Below, in pieces: positions 49,801 through 58,265 of a stretch of DNA of 64,000 nt; the stretch's first letter is position 1, and each line of letters starts with the position of its first letter. Location: the IMG/VR virus record IMGVR_UViG_3300020048_000040, positions 1 to 64,000 of that record. One strand, 5' to 3'. Under the pieces are notes generated by a model. The model saw only the letters and a program-made list of their open reading frames with translations, was not told where the DNA came from and made no database searches. The translations under genes and the position numbers were made by a program. Source of the stretch: a virus.

Positions 49801-51111
49801 AATAGTGGAAGTCCTAATGGAACAGTTGGTACAATTACAGATACTTCTGTAGTTGTTTCAAATGCTACAGGAATATCTAATGGAAAAAGATTATTAATAA
49901 ATAATAACACCTATAAAGTTATGAATGTTTCAGGAACTACTATAACTTTAGAGGATACTATAGAAATAACTAATGGTGCAAGTTTTTGGATATTTGATCT
50001 TATAGGCTCTACAAGGGAAGAACTTTATAAAATTCCTATATTGGAAAGTGGTGATAGTAATTACTTTAAAAATTGGTCTCATCTTTATGAAGTTAAAACA
50101 ATTTATGGATTTAGAAAAGCTTCAGGTGTTACTACTGGAGTAGTTATTACAAATTGGTCTAGTAATATAAATTATACATTACCATCTGATAATAATTTAT
50201 TGGCATATTGGAATATGGATAATGTTTCCAATAATATTTTAATAGATAATTCAGGAAACAATTGGAACGGAACTGTTTCAGGTACAGGAACTATTTCAAC
50301 TGCTGGAAAAATAAATAATGGATTAAGTTTTAATGGAAGTGGTTACGTATCAATTGGAGATCTTGAAAGTGTAGGCCCTTTCAGTTATTGCGTTTGGATT
50401 AAATATACTGCCTCTGGATCTATCCAATCTATTATATCAAAAGATAATAATACAAATAGAGGAATTTGGATGTATGCCGCAGCTACTACTGGAAATTTGT
50501 ATTTCTATACTTCTGGAGATGGAACAAATCAAATAGGTGTTACTATTTCTGGATATTCTGATAATAATTGGCATTTTATTGTAGCAACTTATACTCCATC
50601 CACTTCAATAAAAATATATGCAGATGGTATATTGAAATCAACAAACACCACATCAATTCCTGCATCTCAATTCTTGAATTCTACAACTTTAGAAATCGCA
50701 AGAAGACCTAATGCCACTGCATATTATACCGGATTAATAGATGAAATAAGAATTTATAATATAGCTTTAACCGATAGTGAAGTTATGGGTTTATATAAAT
50801 ATGTTGAAAGTTCAAATAAATTAGTATCTAATTTAAATAAATATGTTTCTATAAGCATAGTCGGTGGTAGTTTATTTAAATATAGAGAAAGTGGAAATAA
50901 AACATTAATAGCTAATGTATATGAAGAAGGTATAAATATAACTTCATCTATAGATGCAACTAAATTCAGATGGAAAAGAGTTTCAAGTAGTTCAACTGCT
51001 GATACAACTTGGAATACTGCCGCTAATTTAGTAGGAAGCAAAACAGCAACAATAAATTCTTTGGATTATTATAGTAGGGGTGCAATTTATTCAGTTGAAA
51101 TTATGGATTAG
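43846..51111 (+). CDS. Giant virion protein (2421 aa) with tandem FN3-like domains and C-terminal LamG
   Basis: GYNIYR...YYYGIAAYD...S-type FN3 signatures and LLAYWNMD...WHFIVATY...GLIDEIRIYN LamG. Confidence 0.8.
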   Translation: MALTNQELKDFSKKIYDSFSDIKDSASAQDNLEIKEKFDDDKVNRNIFHKTNEEILSIHQELYSTWGELRSNISDTLPYKYFGLSIPDVNGYHKLPLNIAYTIAINNDKYSVILGEGQDQWAELITALNELTTTFSENKTITTVDGGANSITISGASFNNSYINKFVIKDSTTAINKYVHRIISASSDTLVLESAANLSPGDSITIFMDKKYEFSYDAATEDIKVVMGLSETYSDYQVPTVMLKQEGSEYDLFTVLKSDLTKDIYNWDDTSDLWIYGAKLTPQDPDLNTPFNIFHKELNKTSTAAVKTPKEMLVSNGQFYGESDVGTYLYPRIGERERVVLLDIYIDHLTTATSISATTPINLTKTTYGTLAEVVYQITNAGFTGDITNNSYCFATNGGSSTEFVKILEVLVKDNNPLPDDYYIKFDILPEGFEPTSLTGNRAAFLEADAKNISNTDQQLQCLKGLIINSITDLKNDYLYIKNAILRSLKAFDSDNANYLVSIYQAYLTLLKWCEKPNTITDERFEYDYFTNLLALVTTRNALLDNRRTYLSAGNEGFGILGLARISGDTGKTSNESKFIASQIDAGTLTEEQPGGDIGTGESSYLTVELLRKELLAAQNETNFLKSDAELNNVNTATIDDYEASYGSFTFYLTEVLSDPFSFAQEDSPEFQDIFTDYLEKRRTLISETAFKSKTIEESTKLETLEVEQERALNSYLESVNSQFLSDEIKVVLQEEYLAYNSKLNELTITGINGNIVTFAGETFDNSFVNKLILKPSVSIKSVTVASGTDLTLNDVIGLSINDVVELHAATLGTSNALKEKLETVMASGVLTSEVRAEIAGLSVANSSQTTTLTSANQSAVNDIFRNLQVADEVLEPNSQVNYPGGDIPGEDVIITQLDSSINVSIKLIGRDVQIFFNYANKVYPAQPTYYVYGYQIQGRTKVWTDEETTYDEPNAWYPLKNNDYNSYESNTGGLDITVETGGLNMATTSLTPFLMHRHLPISGSLLFPKNRTVYYRFRKIIKNTTNETIVGYSSWSNSNYEAVIYPDQTGITGDTWIKLNDHDAPVITGMNLSLSPNVLETFTTHYVDVDFTKCPENANNQVGTKGYNIYRAETRSGAPGSYTYPDKVLVDILLEDKPYETDYSTWPSAEAEYTYIDTSTSNDKTYYYGIAAYDYNENYSEIVWSTTPTVTNNTVKADIPEITEVIMYLADIKTIGYFQIYFTIPVIKKVGIKSFNIKSKFGSTTFATNTINFEQCIFVSSDGTDAVYYYNSSSYYTTYPNDWWKEYDYFKTGSNSTCLNFSLQPISIFDTTGDYSTASTNAMLTEGIAGFTYEISFDEITPTVIATRGKFVISWNEAITRGFDKYVVYRKKFDELEFYALSYTDSLIYNDSLLYLVDAEDPEITDIKYKIIAYNLYGKSKTSGTNYNVGTTGFVDFRPQAITNITFAQTGHQPVEYIDDRIELRFDNSTATDIATLEVEKYKIYFSQYSNGTKYFISQAFFIDNISGTGDVAKFPSLNDTSIADNLVVLYQNWNKMLGISEDSGIPGDEFDIADIYFWIKSVTSNGAESNFQVLTPKQADANYTNDIIDAIPTATTLVSATRDFITVSWNIPNMFTHTDNIQFIIEHCPDTTVGSPVWTQLFTTASKEITYSYKTPERYKTPEDFDEEGWRVKTLLRGKTSDYLTSSGSNTNFTGFLSYYLDSVEITNISYEREKVIFTFEQITGANLDDIKELVIYRRPDPGNDYIEFYRGLVDLIKNAANLNIYEIACPEFRGLEVLSIPDYAYKISIISKYSSIFDGNNGTDYNVITTTDYVKYALTENITGLTGYLSRSGIIINFNKYEDNAGAVIANHNESDVKGYILKRKILSDSYKEIANIKETGSSSYEELTNIPIGKQASYFQTSPGYSFKIQAYSDFSISPEVEMLYSSTNFTVDPDYSFTPDTNNLSAPYVYGENSSIYIEMALNYDFYDEYDFLVYQSKTYNSGSPNGTVGTITDTSVVVSNATGISNGKRLLINNNTYKVMNVSGTTITLEDTIEITNGASFWIFDLIGSTREELYKIPILESGDSNYFKNWSHLYEVKTIYGFRKASGVTTGVVITNWSSNINYTLPSDNNLLAYWNMDNVSNNILIDNSGNNWNGTVSGTGTISTAGKINNGLSFNGSGYVSIGDLESVGPFSYCVWIKYTASGSIQSIISKDNNTNRGIWMYAAATTGNLYFYTSGDGTNQIGVTISGYSDNNWHFIVATYTPSTSIKIYADGILKSTNTTSIPASQFLNSTTLEIARRPNATAYYTGLIDEIRIYNIALTDSEVMGLYKYVESSNKLVSNLNKYVSISIVGGSLFKYRESGNKTLIANVYEEGINITSSIDATKFRWKRVSSSSTADTTWNTAANLVGSKTATINSLDYYSRGAIYSVEIMD

Positions 51112-51164
51112 TTAAAACGTTGAATAAAAGTAAAGATAACCGTATATAGAATAAAGGAATAACA

Positions 51165-54100
51165 ATGGCAGTTTTAGCTTCTACCCAATTAGAATTTCAA
51201 AAAGAAGAACCTATATTTCCATATGAAAGTATAATCTCCTATTATCCAATGGAAGATGATCTTAATATGATCTCAAATAACGGATTATTAGCTTATTATC
51301 CTTTTGATATTGATGCCTCTGATATATCCGGTAATGGAATAAATGGAACAAACTCTGGTGCTGTATTTGGTGCAGCTACAGGATTTGTCGGCGGTGGTTA
51401 TACTTTTGATACAACTGATAGAATTTCTTTAGGTGCAAGTTCTGCTACTTCTTTAAGATTATCTTCTGGTGGAACTATTACTGGATGGTTTAAACCTGGA
51501 GTTCAAACAACTAATGGTATGATTATAAGTAGAGATTCTACTACTAGTATTGAAGATTATGGAATTTATTTCGGCACGACAGGTTTATTAAGTGCTACTA
51601 CTAATACCACAACAAACGCTATTTCTTATCAATTGCCGGTAGGTTCTGCTTCTTCTCCTTGGTATTTCTTTGCTTATGTAATTGCTTCAACTGGAAAATA
51701 TTTATACGTAAATGGTATATTACGTGCATCTTCTGTTTATACTGGGCTTCCTTCTGCGGTTTCTACAAACCAAGTATCAATAGGAAATAGAACTGGCGCA
51801 ACCGATAGAACATTTATAGGTAATATAGATGAGATACGGTTTTATGATAGAATTTTAACAGCATCAGAAATAAAATCCCTTTTTCAGAATGCTTCAAATA
51901 AAGTACCATTACAAAAAATAACAGATTATAAAAGAAATATAAATACAGCTACAATAACTGGCAATCTATTCTCCACCACAGGTAAAATTGGCGATGGAGT
52001 TTATTTTAATGGAGCTTCTGGTATATCTACTGGAATTATTTCTGATATGAATTTTGGTACTGGAAATTTTGCTATTTCTTTATGGTTTAAAAGAAAAACA
52101 ATTGGAACTATCCAGAGTTTACTAACAACAAATTTTACAAATTCTCCAAATATACATTTTAAGGTTGATAACTATCTATATTTTTCAGGAGTAAATTCTA
52201 CATTAAAAACAACTTCTACAATAGTAGATACAGATTGGCATAATGCTATTTTAGTAAGAAATGGAACAACTTTTTATGCTTATCTCGATGGTATATATCA
52301 AGGTGAAGTTACTGGAGAAAACGGAAATTATACTGGGCATACTACTACATATTTAGGATATAATGCTATTCCAAATTATTTCAATGGAAGTATTGACGAA
52401 GTATTTGTTTTCAATACTGTCAACACATCTCTATCCTATTCGGAAATAAGAGGTTTATCAGAACTTACACCAATAAAAACATTAGCTGGTGATTTTAACT
52501 ATCTGGATTTAATTAGTCAGGCAAAGATGGGGACTACTACCATAGATGGTGGTTATATAAAATCAAATCTTATAGGAGTGGATGATGCTATAATAGGCGC
52601 GGTAGATATTGATAAGGATTTATTTGCATACTATAATTTTGATAGCGAAAAACTTCCGCCTTCTGATAATCTTATTGTTTACGCTCCTTTAAACGAAAGT
52701 GGTGGAACTTTTTCTTATAATGGTTTATCTTTAATTGAAACAGGTACAGTTACTTCAGATAATACAAAACAAGTTTCAAATATTTATTCAGCTGACTTTC
52801 CTGGAGCTAGTTATTTAAAAACAAATTCTGATTTGTCTTTTGAAAACATACTATCTGTTTCTTTATGGGCTTATGCTGATGATTTCTCTTCTACTAGAGG
52901 TTTATGGGGATTAAATACAGCACCAACTAATACAGGTATTTATATAAAAAGTACCGGAATATATTATAATGCTGATATAAATATTTTTAAAAATGATAAT
53001 GGAGTAAATACTCCTATTCCTTCTGCTGCTGCTTGGCATAATTATGTTTTCACTTATACAGGATCACAAATAAATCTTTTCATAGATGGAGAATATAAAG
53101 GAAAAGTAACTGCACAAACATTATATCTAGAAACCGCAAAGACATTCTATATTGGAGCTACTGATTCAACTCCAACCTATACTTGGTTAGGCAATATACA
53201 AGAATTTAAAGCTTATGAAAAACTTTTATCTGTATTAGAAATTCAAGCATTAGCTTCTGAATTCAATACTAGGCCAGTAATAGATAATTCAGGGAACTCT
53301 AATACAGCTATAATAAATGGAGCTAAACCTTCATTTGGAACTTCCAATACAGGAATTTTATTAGATGGCTATGATGACTTTATAGAGACCACTTCTTTAA
53401 ATCTTCCAAATTCTTATACTTTTTTAGTATGGATTAAATCAAATGATTTAACTATTAAACAAACCTTATTTCATAAACAAGACTCCTATTCTTATTATCT
53501 AGATAGTGGTAAATTGACATTTGTTTATGGATTGAATTCTCCTATTACTTCTATTAAAAATTTAGTGGATAACGAATGGCATTTTATTAGCTTAGTAAAA
53601 GATGGAATAAATAATTATTTTTATGTAGATGGAGTATTGGAAAATGAATTTATAACATCTATAGATACAATTCAAAATACAAATACTTTATTAATTGGAG
53701 CTAGTGATATTTCTGGAAATAATCCATATGGGGGTTATTTAGATGAAGTAAAAATTTATAAAAGAGCTTTAACAGAAAGAGAAAATAAATATCTTTATAA
53801 ATTCAAGAATGCTCACGGCGGAACAATTATTTCTGGAGATAGAATACAAACTGGTTCTATTCGTTCTAACGCTAGAGTTGGTAATTATGGAGATCCTGTT
53901 TCAGAATTCAAGCTGGATAACGGAACTTTTGTTTTAAGAAATAGTTCAACAGGTTCCTGTGCTTTAAGTTTTGATGGTTCAACATTAGCAGTTAATGGTT
54001 GTATAACCGCAAACTCAGGGTATATAGGTGGATGGAAAGTTGATGCAAATGCGATATGTACTCCCAACAATAATATTGCACTACAATGTTGTGGGACAAT

Positions 54101-57100
54101 TGAGGCTGGTTATTTACCATCTCCAGTAAATAATTGCACTAAGATGGCATTTACTTGTGGAGGTATTTGTTTTTATGTAGGTAATGGTTCTTCTTGGATT
54201 AATTACGGGACAATAGGAATAGATTCTGATGGTTTTAATATTAGCGGAGCAAAAAATAGCAATCTTTTTATAGGAGATAATGCTGGAGATGGAAGTTCTG
54301 GTGGTTGCCAAATATTTATAGGAAAAGAAGCTGGTTGTAGCGCACTATCTACATCTTGTTCTATATTTTTAGGTTTAAAGTCTGGGTATAACTCTAGGTC
54401 AGCTAATTCTATTTTTATAGGCACATGCTCTGGCCTTAACTCTTCTGGGGTGTCATCGATATTTATGGGCGATGAATCTGGAGAATACTCCACAAGTGCA
54501 AATGAATCTATTTATATAGGTTTTGGTGCTGGGAAAAGTGCCGCAAGTTCAGCATCTTCAATATTTATGGGATCTGGGGCTGGTTGTTCTGCAATGTCAG
54601 CTGGCTTTTCTACTTTTATAGGAGCAGGATCTGGATTTAGTGCAGCAAGTTCTATAGGATCTAACTTTATAGGATTTTCTGCTGGTTATAATAGTCCTAA
54701 TGCTAATGCTTCAAATTTTATAGGGCAAAACGCAGGAGATAATGCACCTTATTCACCATATTCTAATTTTATAGGAAATTATGCTGGTTCATTTGCTTGT
54801 TGTTCTTCTTATTCAAACTTTATTGGATTTCTATCTGGTCATTGTGCTATTAGTTCCTGTTCTTCAAATTTTATTGGATACGGGGCAGGAGATTATGCTT
54901 GCTATTCATGTTCTTCCAATTTCATGGGAACTAATGCTGGATCTTGTGCTGCAAATTCTTTAAACTCTAATTTTATGGGAGTAAGTTCTGGATATTGTGC
55001 TTGTGATAGTAATGATTCAGTTTTCATAGGAAGTGCTGCTGGATGTAGAGCAAATGGAGCAGATTATTCAATATTTATGGGATATTATCCTGGAATAAAA
55101 TCTTGTGGTTCTCAAAACTCAATATTTATAGGAAGTTGTGCTGGAGCTTTTTCTCCTATGAGTTCTACTATATTTATTGGAGAAAAATCAGGTTTTTGTT
55201 CTAGTGCAAGTAGTAACTCAATATTTATAGGAAGTTGTGCAGGATTTTGTAATGTTAGTAACAATGGTTCTAATTTTATAGGAAAATCTGCTGGTTATCA
55301 AGCTTGTGGTAATTGTTATTCTAATTTTATGGGTAATCAATCTGGATATCAAGCTTGTAGTAATAATTATTCTAATTTTATAGGGAATGTTGCCGGATTT
55401 CAAGCTTGTATTAATGATTATTCTAATTTTATAGGAAATTCTACTGGTTATTCAGCTTGTAATAATAGTTGTTCTAATTTCTTTGGTTATCAAGCTGGAT
55501 ATCAAGCTTGTGGTAATAATTCTTCTAATTTTATAGGAAATTCTACTGGTTATTCAGCTTGTAATAATAGTTGTTCTAATTTCTTTGGTTATCAAGCTGG
55601 ATATCTATCTTGTGGTAATAATGCTTCCAATTTTATTGGTTATCTAGCTGGTTATCTAGCTTGGGGTAATTGTTATTCTAATTTTATGGGTTATCGAGCT
55701 GGTTCTCAAGCTTGTGGTAATACTTATTCCAATTTTATTGGTTTTGAAGCTGGAACTCTCGCTTGTAATAATTGTTATTCTAATTTTATAGGAACTAATG
55801 CTGGATATTGTTCTTGCTGTAACAATTTTTCTAGTTTTATGGGAAATTATGCTGGACAATATGCTTATAATAATAATTATTCTAATTTTATAGGAAGAGA
55901 AGCTGGATATAGAGCTTGTAATAATTATTCTTCTAATTTCATAGGCGCTCAAGCTGGATATCAAACTTGTGATAATTTTTCTTCTAATTTCATAGGAACT
56001 TATGCTGGATATTGTTCTTATACTAATTGCTTTTCTAATTTTTTTGGTTATTATGCTGGATATTGTTCTTGCTGTAACAATTTTTCTACTTTTATTGGAA
56101 GTGCTGCTGGTTATCAAGGTTTTTGTAACAATTTTTCTAGTTTTGTGAGTTTTTGCGCTGGTTATCAAGGTTTTTGTAACGGTTATTCTAATTTTATAGG
56201 AACTAATGCTGGTTATCTAGCTTGTGATAATAATTGGTCTAATTTTATGGGAAACCAAGCTGGTTATCTAGCTTATACTAATAATTCTTCTAATTTTATA
56301 GGAAATGCTGCTGGTTCATATGCTCGCTACAACAGTTCTTCTAATTTTATTGGTATTTCTGCTGGGCAATATGCTTGTTGTAACGGTGGTTCTAATTTTA
56401 TTGGTAGTTCTGCTGGGTCGTGTGCTTATATTAACAGTAATTCTAATTTTATAGGCAATCAAGCTGGTCGTGAAGCTTGTAATAATAGTTGTTCTAATTT
56501 CTTTGGTTATCAAGCTGGTTATCTAGCTTGTAATAACAGTAATTCTAATTTTATAGGCAATCAAGCTGGTTATCAAGCTTGTAATAATGATAATTCTAAT
56601 TTCTTTGGTTATCAAGCTGGTTATCGAGCTTGTAATAACATTGGTTCTAATTTTATGGGTAATCTTGCTGGATATAGAGCTTGGACTAATGATTATTCTA
56701 ATTTTATTGGTTATCAAGCTGGGCAATATGCTTGTGTTAACACTTATTCCAATTTTATGGGTAATCTTGCTGGATATATAGCTTATAATAATTGTTATTC
56801 TAATTTTATAGGATATTGGGCTGGGCAATATGCTTGTGTTAACAATAATTCTAATTTTATAGGAAATGCTGCTGGATATATAGCTTATAATAATTGTTAT
56901 TCTAATTTTATAGGGCCTTATGCTGGTCGTGAAGCTTGTAATAATAACTATTCTAATTTCTTTGGTTATCAAGCTGGTTATAAAGCTTGTAGTAATTGTT
57001 ATTCTAACTTTTTAGGATATTGGGCTGGGCAATATGCTTGTGTTAACTCTTATTCTAATTTTATTGGTTATCAAGCTGGTTATCAAGCTTGTAATAATAG

Positions 57101-58256
57101 TTGTTCTAATTTTATTGGTTATCAAGCTGGTTATCAAGCTTGTGGTAATAGTGCTTCCAATTTTATAGGTTCTTATGCTGGATATCAAGCTTGTATTAAT
57201 GATTTTTCTAATTTTATAGGCTATCAAGCTGGTCGTGAAGCTTGTAATAATAGTTGTTCTAATTTCTTTGGTTATCAAGCTGGTTATCGAGCTTGTGATA
57301 ATGGTTATTCTAATTTTATAGGATATCAAGCTGGATATTGCGCTTGTTATAATAGCTATTCTAATTTTATAGGAAAGTGTGCTGGTTATCAAGCTTGTTA
57401 TAATGGTTATTCCAATTTTATTGGCGAAAACACTGGATATCTATCTTGTTATAATGGTTATTCTAATTTTATGGGATATAATGCTGGAGTTTGTGCTATA
57501 TGCAATAGTTCTTCTAGTTTTATAGGTTATAAAGCTGGACATCGCGCTACTTGTAACTATTATTCTAATTTTATAGGAAAGTGTGCTGGTTATTGTTCTT
57601 TCTATAATATTTCTTCTATTTTTATTGGCGAAAACACTGGATACTATGCTTGCTATAATGGTTGTTCTAATTTTATAGGTTATTGTTCTGGATATCAAGC
57701 TTGTAGTAATAGTGCTTCCAATTTTATAGGGGCTTATGCTGGTTATCAAGCTTGTATTAATGATTATTCTACTTTTATGGGATATTATGCTGGTTATCAA
57801 GCTTGTAATAATGATAGATCTAGTTTTATAGGATATAATACTGGTTCTCTATCTTATAATAATGGTTATTCCAATTTTATAGGACATCAAGCTGGATATC
57901 TATCTTGTTATAATGGTTATTCTAATTTTATAGGTAATAGAGCTGGTTCTCAATCTTGTAATAATGGTTGTTCTAATTTCTTAGGTTATTTTGCTGGATA
58001 TCAAGCTTGTAATAATGATTGTTCAATTTTTATAGGAACTAATTCCGGTTATTGTGTAGTAAATAATCCAAATCTGCTTCTTATAGGAAATTGTTATTCA
58101 ACAACAATGTCTTGCGCCAATTCCTTGGCTGGAGCTTTGATTTGTGGTAACATTTCTACTGGAAAAGTTAATTTTAGATGTAGTATTATAGTAGGTAGTA
58201 AAGTTGAAATGGTTTATAATTCTACTACCTGTGCTTTGAACTTTAATTTCTTATAG
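51165..58256 (+). CDS. Giant fibre protein: four LamG domains plus ~75 Cys-rich 17-aa beta-roll repeats
   Basis: Four IDE/LDE/IQE-type LamG ends, then SNFIGxxAGxxACxNxx repeats. Confidence 0.85.
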   Translation: MAVLASTQLEFQKEEPIFPYESIISYYPMEDDLNMISNNGLLAYYPFDIDASDISGNGINGTNSGAVFGAATGFVGGGYTFDTTDRISLGASSATSLRLSSGGTITGWFKPGVQTTNGMIISRDSTTSIEDYGIYFGTTGLLSATTNTTTNAISYQLPVGSASSPWYFFAYVIASTGKYLYVNGILRASSVYTGLPSAVSTNQVSIGNRTGATDRTFIGNIDEIRFYDRILTASEIKSLFQNASNKVPLQKITDYKRNINTATITGNLFSTTGKIGDGVYFNGASGISTGIISDMNFGTGNFAISLWFKRKTIGTIQSLLTTNFTNSPNIHFKVDNYLYFSGVNSTLKTTSTIVDTDWHNAILVRNGTTFYAYLDGIYQGEVTGENGNYTGHTTTYLGYNAIPNYFNGSIDEVFVFNTVNTSLSYSEIRGLSELTPIKTLAGDFNYLDLISQAKMGTTTIDGGYIKSNLIGVDDAIIGAVDIDKDLFAYYNFDSEKLPPSDNLIVYAPLNESGGTFSYNGLSLIETGTVTSDNTKQVSNIYSADFPGASYLKTNSDLSFENILSVSLWAYADDFSSTRGLWGLNTAPTNTGIYIKSTGIYYNADINIFKNDNGVNTPIPSAAAWHNYVFTYTGSQINLFIDGEYKGKVTAQTLYLETAKTFYIGATDSTPTYTWLGNIQEFKAYEKLLSVLEIQALASEFNTRPVIDNSGNSNTAIINGAKPSFGTSNTGILLDGYDDFIETTSLNLPNSYTFLVWIKSNDLTIKQTLFHKQDSYSYYLDSGKLTFVYGLNSPITSIKNLVDNEWHFISLVKDGINNYFYVDGVLENEFITSIDTIQNTNTLLIGASDISGNNPYGGYLDEVKIYKRALTERENKYLYKFKNAHGGTIISGDRIQTGSIRSNARVGNYGDPVSEFKLDNGTFVLRNSSTGSCALSFDGSTLAVNGCITANSGYIGGWKVDANAICTPNNNIALQCCGTIEAGYLPSPVNNCTKMAFTCGGICFYVGNGSSWINYGTIGIDSDGFNISGAKNSNLFIGDNAGDGSSGGCQIFIGKEAGCSALSTSCSIFLGLKSGYNSRSANSIFIGTCSGLNSSGVSSIFMGDESGEYSTSANESIYIGFGAGKSAASSASSIFMGSGAGCSAMSAGFSTFIGAGSGFSAASSIGSNFIGFSAGYNSPNANASNFIGQNAGDNAPYSPYSNFIGNYAGSFACCSSYSNFIGFLSGHCAISSCSSNFIGYGAGDYACYSCSSNFMGTNAGSCAANSLNSNFMGVSSGYCACDSNDSVFIGSAAGCRANGADYSIFMGYYPGIKSCGSQNSIFIGSCAGAFSPMSSTIFIGEKSGFCSSASSNSIFIGSCAGFCNVSNNGSNFIGKSAGYQACGNCYSNFMGNQSGYQACSNNYSNFIGNVAGFQACINDYSNFIGNSTGYSACNNSCSNFFGYQAGYQACGNNSSNFIGNSTGYSACNNSCSNFFGYQAGYLSCGNNASNFIGYLAGYLAWGNCYSNFMGYRAGSQACGNTYSNFIGFEAGTLACNNCYSNFIGTNAGYCSCCNNFSSFMGNYAGQYAYNNNYSNFIGREAGYRACNNYSSNFIGAQAGYQTCDNFSSNFIGTYAGYCSYTNCFSNFFGYYAGYCSCCNNFSTFIGSAAGYQGFCNNFSSFVSFCAGYQGFCNGYSNFIGTNAGYLACDNNWSNFMGNQAGYLAYTNNSSNFIGNAAGSYARYNSSSNFIGISAGQYACCNGGSNFIGSSAGSCAYINSNSNFIGNQAGREACNNSCSNFFGYQAGYLACNNSNSNFIGNQAGYQACNNDNSNFFGYQAGYRACNNIGSNFMGNLAGYRAWTNDYSNFIGYQAGQYACVNTYSNFMGNLAGYIAYNNCYSNFIGYWAGQYACVNNNSNFIGNAAGYIAYNNCYSNFIGPYAGREACNNNYSNFFGYQAGYKACSNCYSNFLGYWAGQYACVNSYSNFIGYQAGYQACNNSCSNFIGYQAGYQACGNSASNFIGSYAGYQACINDFSNFIGYQAGREACNNSCSNFFGYQAGYRACDNGYSNFIGYQAGYCACYNSYSNFIGKCAGYQACYNGYSNFIGENTGYLSCYNGYSNFMGYNAGVCAICNSSSSFIGYKAGHRATCNYYSNFIGKCAGYCSFYNISSIFIGENTGYYACYNGCSNFIGYCSGYQACSNSASNFIGAYAGYQACINDYSTFMGYYAGYQACNNDRSSFIGYNTGSLSYNNGYSNFIGHQAGYLSCYNGYSNFIGNRAGSQSCNNGCSNFLGYFAGYQACNNDCSIFIGTNSGYCVVNNPNLLLIGNCYSTTMSCANSLAGALICGNISTGKVNFRCSIIVGSKVEMVYNSTTCALNFNFL
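54260..58090 (+). repeat. Coding tandem repeat array, 51-nt period, ~75 copies
   Basis: TCTAATTTTATAGG...GCTGG.TAT.AAGCTTGT.ATAAT unit. Copy number estimated from span/51. Confidence 0.9.
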
Positions 58257-58265
58257 GAGTATTTT

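Noticed and set aside
55218-57800. Antisense I/T/S-rich ORFs in the repeat region
   Set aside because: Shadows of the repetitive sense gene, with no RBS or independent signal.
54260-58090. 51-nt repeat array as a CRISPR array
   Set aside because: Repeats are contiguous, in frame, vary at codon level and have no unique spacers. No cas genes seen.
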